20,000 bases of DNA from an uncultured virus (IMG/VR IMGVR_UViG_3300006116_000009) (Duplodnaviria > Heunggongvirae > Uroviricota > Caudoviricetes), in the IMG/VR virus record IMGVR_UViG_3300006116_000009, one strand, 5' to 3'. Position 1 is the first letter of the stretch. Each line of letters opens with the position of its first letter. This document shows, piece after piece, positions 15,501 through 20,000 of this stretch. Under the pieces are notes generated by a model, which was given only the letters and a program-made list of their open reading frames with translations, was not told where the DNA came from and did no database searches. Both the position numbers and the translations under genes were made by a program.

Positions 15501-15656
15501 ATGGTAAACACCACCCACAGGCAGTCGCTACTGACTGAACTAGCAAAACTTAGGGTAAAACTTTCTGCCCTGAACTACGAAGTCGCTGAACTAAAAGCAG
15601 AAAACGAAAAGTTGCGTTCGCAGTTAGTGGGGGGCAACAATGCTACTCAAGGGTAA
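15501..15656 (+). CDS. Small coiled-coil protein, 51 aa (below the ORF-track cutoff)
   Basis: MVNTTHRQSLLTELAKLRVKLSALNYEVAELKAENEKLRSQLVGGNNATQG has heptad periodicity. TG-C-TAGAGT -10 (15488-15493) lies 7 nt before the ATG. Confidence 0.7.
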   Translation: MVNTTHRQSLLTELAKLRVKLSALNYEVAELKAENEKLRSQLVGGNNATQG

Positions 15657-17436
15657 TTGCTTAGACCTACTGAAAACGTTGCCTGATAACAGCGTGGACA
15701 GCATCGTTACCGACCCCCCATATGGATTGGAATTCATGGGGCGTGATTGGGATGCCCCATGGAAGCAAAGTGAAGTGGTGGAAGTCACTGACAAAGCCAC
15801 CAACGGGATATTTCACGACAAAGGGTTCAAGAACGGCATCCGTTATTCCCGTGGAACACAGGAAATGGTTGCGTTCCAATTGTGGTTTACTGAAATCGCT
15901 GAGGAGTGTTTCCGTGTCTTGAAACCAGGCGGTCACATTTTGTCGTTCGGCGGTTCACGGACGTACCACCGCATGGCGGTAGCGATTGAGGACGCTGGTT
16001 TCGAGATTAGGGACAGCATCCACTGGACATACGGTTCGGGATTCCCCAAGTCAATGGACATTAGCAAAGCCATTGACAAGCAGGGTGGTGAAAACATTGG
16101 GTGGTTCATTGACCTTTGCCTAAAGGTGGCAGAGGAAAAGGGGATTACCAAGAAACAATTAACCGATTTGTTTCCGTCAAAGAACGGCAAGCCAACGGGC
16201 TGGCTTTACAACAAGGCTTCACACACCCAATCCATTTCACCAGAACAATTTAATGTTTTGCGTGATTTTCTTGATTTGCCATACGCCGACTTAGCAGAAG
16301 CCGAGCGTGAAGTAGTGGGCTACAAAGAAGCCGGTATGGGGTCTGGTGAAACATTTGGTATGCGCCAAGCAGAAGGCGACAATGCTAGCGCCAACAAAAC
16401 CGTTCCAATCACCGCACCCGCCACCCCCGAAGCCCAACGCTGGCAAGGCTGGGGAACGGCTATGAAGCCTAGCCACGAACCTATTGTGGTGGCACGAAAG
16501 CCCGTTGAAGGCACGGTAGCCAACAACGTACTGAAATACGGCACAGGGGCTATCAACATCGACGGCACACGAGTTGGGACGACCAAAGAAGTACCGGGTA
16601 CGGCAAACAGCAAAGGCGAAACGTCAGGCTACATGAAAGGTTGGGGCGACCACACCGATGAAATGTCGGGCAAGAACCCGAACATGGGTCGGTGGCCCGC
16701 AAACACCATACTTACACACTCGTCAGCCTGTCGCCAAGTAGGAGAAACTAGCGAAACCGTAGTCACTACCAACGGCAAGGGATTTGCCGGTTCGTTTGAG
16801 GGTGGTGAAAACAACAACGGCGGTGCAGAAACTAAGGTATCCACGCCTATTTGGGAGTGTGCCGACGATTGCCCGACCAAGTTGTTCCCCGAAAGCAACG
16901 GCGGTGCGTTTCCCAAGAAGGGCAATACGCCAACGGGGGAACACTACGAAGGTGGTTGGAAGTCCGTAGACAACGGTGTACGTACTGAAATGGGTTCCGG
17001 TTCAGCATCACGGTTCTTTAATCAGACCGAATACGACGATGACATGGACTTTCCACCAATTATCTACCAAGCAAAGGCAAGTAAGGCAGACCGCAACGCT
17101 GGACTGAATTGGGTACGCCCCGAAGAAGGTATGGGGTCGTACAACTTCCGTGTCAATGGTTCGTTAGATGGCAAGCAAACCGCCCCGAAGCAAAACATTC
17201 ACCCCACCGTGAAGCCAGTTGCCCTTATGCGCCACCTAATTCGCCTCGTAACGCCACCGAACGGCGTAGTGCTAGACCCGTTCTTGGGTTCCGGTACAAC
17301 GGCTGTAGCCGCCATTTTGGAAAACTGCCAATGGATAGGTTGTGAAATGACCGAGGACTACTACGACATAATCGAAAAGCGTGTGGAATGGGCTATGTAC
17401 CAAGCCAATGCACCTAAGCAAGAAAGCCTGTTCTAA
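15640..17436 (+). CDS. Beta-class amino-DNA methyltransferase (N6A/N4C family) with internal HTH-like insertion
   Basis: IVTDPPY near the N-terminus, RVLKPGG, HEPI, HPTVKP, and VLDPFLGSGTT near the C-terminus. Confidence 0.92.
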   Translation: MLLKGNCLDLLKTLPDNSVDSIVTDPPYGLEFMGRDWDAPWKQSEVVEVTDKATNGIFHDKGFKNGIRYSRGTQEMVAFQLWFTEIAEECFRVLKPGGHILSFGGSRTYHRMAVAIEDAGFEIRDSIHWTYGSGFPKSMDISKAIDKQGGENIGWFIDLCLKVAEEKGITKKQLTDLFPSKNGKPTGWLYNKASHTQSISPEQFNVLRDFLDLPYADLAEAEREVVGYKEAGMGSGETFGMRQAEGDNASANKTVPITAPATPEAQRWQGWGTAMKPSHEPIVVARKPVEGTVANNVLKYGTGAINIDGTRVGTTKEVPGTANSKGETSGYMKGWGDHTDEMSGKNPNMGRWPANTILTHSSACRQVGETSETVVTTNGKGFAGSFEGGENNNGGAETKVSTPIWECADDCPTKLFPESNGGAFPKKGNTPTGEHYEGGWKSVDNGVRTEMGSGSASRFFNQTEYDDDMDFPPIIYQAKASKADRNAGLNWVRPEEGMGSYNFRVNGSLDGKQTAPKQNIHPTVKPVALMRHLIRLVTPPNGVVLDPFLGSGTTAVAAILENCQWIGCEMTEDYYDIIEKRVEWAMYQANAPKQESLF

Positions 17437-18683
17437 TGCTTCTAAAAGGCAACTGCCTCGAAACCCTAAAGACCCTGCCAGACAATTCCATTGACAGCGT
17501 GGTGACCGACCCTCCCTATGAATATGGCTTTATGGGGAAATCGTGGGACAATTCTGGCATTGCCTACAACCAAGACCTGTGGCGTGAGTGCCTACGTGTC
17601 CTGAAGCCAGGTGGACACCTGCTCGCCTTCTCCGGCTCTCGCACTTACCACCGAATGACCGTCGCCATCGAGGACGCTGGCTTCGAGATTAGGGACCAGA
17701 TTATGTGGCTCTACGGCTCGGGGTTCCCGAAATCGTATAACGTCGCCAAAGGCATTGAGGGAACTCTGCTGAACGGGTCTGCGTCGTGGAACGACTTTCA
17801 CAAACTCAATGGTGAAATCCGTGAGGTCAAGGGTGCGACAGGCAACCTAACCGCTGCGAACGCTGAACACGGAAACCGCCCAACGAACTATCAGTCGCAC
17901 GGCTCGCTTGATTTGGAACCGACCACCGACGAGGCTAAGAAGTGGATGGGCTGGGGAACAGCCCTAAAGCCAGCCCACGAACCCATCTGTGTCGCTCGCA
18001 AACCCCTGACCGGCACAGTGGCCTCGAACGTGCTGGAGTGGGGAACGGGTGCGCTGAACATTGACGCAACACGAGTGGGAACCTCTGGCGAAAACTTTGA
18101 CAACCTAAAGGGTCGCCCTATCGCAAAGTTATCTACTCGCCGTGATGGTGAAACCGACGAGGAATACAACGCTCGGATATTGGAAAGCCCCGAACAGCAA
18201 AAGGCGTTAGCCAAACTCAAACAACTTGGTCGCTGGCCTGCCAACGTAATCCACGACGGAAGCGAGGAAGTGCTGGCTGGGTTCCCGAACGACGCAGGCC
18301 GCTTCTTCTACTGCGCTAAGGCAAGCAAGTCCGAGCGCAACGCAGGGCTGGAGGGGTTGCCGGAACAAATGCTAACTGGGCGTGACGAGGGGCAAGACGC
18401 TATGCAAGTGCCGTACAAGACCCGTTCCAAAGTCACCGCCAACATCCACCCGACGGTCAAGCCATTGGCACTTATGCGTTATCTGGTGAAAATGGTCACA
18501 CCATCAGGCGGCACAGTCCTCGACCCGTTCCTCGGTAGCGGTTCTACTGCTGTTGCTGCAATCCTTGAGGGTTTTGAGTGGGTGGGTTGTGAAATGACAG
18601 AAGATTACTGGCACATCATCGAGGCACGGGTAGATTGGGCGCACAAACAAGCATTGGAAGCGAAACAAGAAAGGTTGTTCTAG
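17436..18683 (+). CDS. Second beta-class amino-DNA methyltransferase, paralog of the upstream gene
   Basis: VVTDPPY, RVLKPGG, HEPI, HPTVKP, VLDPFLGSGST. N- and C-termini nearly match the upstream enzyme. Confidence 0.92.
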   Translation: MLLKGNCLETLKTLPDNSIDSVVTDPPYEYGFMGKSWDNSGIAYNQDLWRECLRVLKPGGHLLAFSGSRTYHRMTVAIEDAGFEIRDQIMWLYGSGFPKSYNVAKGIEGTLLNGSASWNDFHKLNGEIREVKGATGNLTAANAEHGNRPTNYQSHGSLDLEPTTDEAKKWMGWGTALKPAHEPICVARKPLTGTVASNVLEWGTGALNIDATRVGTSGENFDNLKGRPIAKLSTRRDGETDEEYNARILESPEQQKALAKLKQLGRWPANVIHDGSEEVLAGFPNDAGRFFYCAKASKSERNAGLEGLPEQMLTGRDEGQDAMQVPYKTRSKVTANIHPTVKPLALMRYLVKMVTPSGGTVLDPFLGSGSTAVAAILEGFEWVGCEMTEDYWHIIEARVDWAHKQALEAKQERLF

Positions 18684-18961
18684 TGACAAAGTGTAAGAAC
18701 TGCCAGAAAACCATTGTTGCTGACACCATTTACGAGGGTGGTTGGGCGCACGAAACACCCGTTCCGCACCACGACGCAGACATTTGCCACGAAATCTTGA
18801 CCGCCGAACCGGAATTGGAAACATCTATTGCCATAGATTTCACCGCAGACGAACTACAAGGCATGGCACAGGCTATGCGTATTACCGGCGACACATTCAG
18901 TACGTTCATTGACCGTGCAATCAAAAACACCATTGAAAGGTACGAAAATGGGAGGCCCTAG
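18683..18961 (+). CDS. Hypothetical protein with N-terminal CxxC/His region and possible C-terminal ribbon-helix-helix
   Basis: GTG overlaps TAG. Sequence CKNC..WAH..CH, then TSIAIDFTADELQGMAQAM..GDTFSTFIDRAI. Confidence 0.65.
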   Translation: MTKCKNCQKTIVADTIYEGGWAHETPVPHHDADICHEILTAEPELETSIAIDFTADELQGMAQAMRITGDTFSTFIDRAIKNTIERYENGRP

Positions 18962-19238
18962 AAAGTGCAACCGCTGTAATCAAGACGTATTGGCACAAAA
19001 CCGTGCCGAAGAACTATTGTTAGAACTTATTTCCGAACGGGTACTAAAGCATAAGCCACCATCACAGGGCGACCTCGAGGCTGACGACAAGCGTATGACC
19101 GACCTTGGCTACCCACCTAGTGAAATAGAACTAGCACACCGTAAGGGCTACGACACGGGCTGGTGGGAGTGCTACGAAGTGTTGAGCAACCTCATTGACG
19201 CACACAACGATAACAACGAATACCGCAGGCAACGATGA
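18948..19238 (+). CDS. Hypothetical protein (CNRC, KGYDTGW)
   Basis: ATG 18948 with RBS GAAAGG, inside ORF 18909..19238. Confidence 0.7.
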   Translation: MGGPRKCNRCNQDVLAQNRAEELLLELISERVLKHKPPSQGDLEADDKRMTDLGYPPSEIELAHRKGYDTGWWECYEVLSNLIDAHNDNNEYRRQR

Positions 19239-19292
19239 CCCCCGACTGCGGCAAGCGCCTCGAGTACCTGAACGAAGGATGGAGTGCCTAAG

Positions 19293-20000
19293 GTGAAGTC
19301 ATTGATTCTCATCGGTGACGCTCGCCAGCGTCTAGCGGAATTACCAGCAGGCTCGGCTCGCACCTGCATTACCTCTCCGCCCTACTTCGGGCTTCGAGAC
19401 TATGGAGTGGACGGGCAAATCGGGCTGGAAGAAACACCCGATGCCTACGTTGCTGAGATGGTGGCGTTATTCCGTGAAGTCTGGCGAGTGCTGGCAGATG
19501 ATGGAACCCTATGGCTGAACATCGGAGATAGTTATGTTGGTGGAAAAGGACAGTCAGGACAGGGAAATCCAGACAAACAAGCGCAACGTGCCAGCGAGGG
19601 CGTGAGTATCAACCAAGCCCATCACCAAATCGCAGGACAGGGAAAGACACGACCCACCGACGACCGACAGGCGATGCGTGAGGCTGGGCTGAAACCAAAA
19701 GACCTAATTGGCATCCCGTGGCGAGTAGCATTTGCACTTCAAGCAGACGGCTGGTATCTACGCTCGGACATTATTTGGCACAAGCCCAACACCATGCCAG
19801 AAAGCGTCACCGACCGCCCAACCAAAGCCCACGAATACGTCTTTTTACTAAGCAAGTCGCCTCGCTACTACTACGACAGTGAAGCCATCAAAGAGCCAGC
19901 CATCTACGCAGGTGACGATAGGGGTAGTCGCACTGACGCTCGACGTGGCACGGGTATGAACTCAATGTCGGGTGTCACTGGTGAAACCAAGAACAAGCGT
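19293..20000 (+). CDS. Third DNA methyltransferase, SPPY type (probably N4-cytosine), truncated by the window end and absent from the ORF track
   Basis: ILIGDARQRL..TCITSPPYFGLRDY..QIGLE..VWRVLADDGTLWLNIGDSY..KPKDLIGIPWRVAFALQADGWYLRSDIIWHKPN..HEYVFLLSK. Open to base 20000. Start is GTG 19293 or 19284. Confidence 0.92.
   Translation, partial: MKSLILIGDARQRLAELPAGSARTCITSPPYFGLRDYGVDGQIGLEETPDAYVAEMVALFREVWRVLADDGTLWLNIGDSYVGGKGQSGQGNPDKQAQRASEGVSINQAHHQIAGQGKTRPTDDRQAMREAGLKPKDLIGIPWRVAFALQADGWYLRSDIIWHKPNTMPESVTDRPTKAHEYVFLLSKSPRYYYDSEAIKEPAIYAGDDRGSRTDARRGTGMNSMSGVTGETKNKR

Noticed and set aside
12586..18683. HNH nuclease plus methyltransferases as a restriction-modification system
   Set aside because: The genes are not adjacent, and the HNH resembles common stand-alone phage HNH proteins.
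19235..19291. 18-codon ORF MTPDCGKRLEYLNEGWSA overlapping the upstream stop
   Set aside because: It could be a gene remnant or a coupling peptide, but the only evidence is the ATGA overlap.
1..20000. tRNA, rRNA or structured ncRNA genes, and alternative genetic code
   Set aside because: Intergenic gaps are short with no cloverleaf seen. Genes are intact in code 11 and use all three stop codons.

Overview
This is a gene-dense window (~50% GC by eye) from a tailed dsDNA phage. An actinobacterial host is inferred from many leaderless TANNNT promoters, a RusA-like resolvase, a half-PnuC protein and a class 3 intein. From left to right it encodes small hypotheticals, an HslV/proteasome-beta-like Thr protease, a NUMOD3/PD-(D/E)xK endonuclease, a RusA-like resolvase, an HTH protein, and a HARP-repeat SNF2 helicase whose Walker A is interrupted by a class 3 LAGLIDADG intein. 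Next is a divergently transcribed cluster of eight Ala/His-rich proteins sharing an N-terminal F-x-T-x-x-L leader; most have an [ILV]-x-K-G site and several have a GH[PT]FxGNQ[WYF] motif. A tandem double-ParB-domain gene sits inside that cluster. The rest encodes a PnuC-like protein, an HNH nuclease, a dNMP kinase, a secreted protein and three DNA methyltransferases. The most striking unexplained features are (1) the leader-sharing family, a candidate set of capsid-packaged, protease-matured internal proteins, (2) at least 15 exact copies of TAGTGAAAT[A/C] in different frames and intergenic sites, and (3) no GATC found, and apparently no AGCT. All counts are manual.
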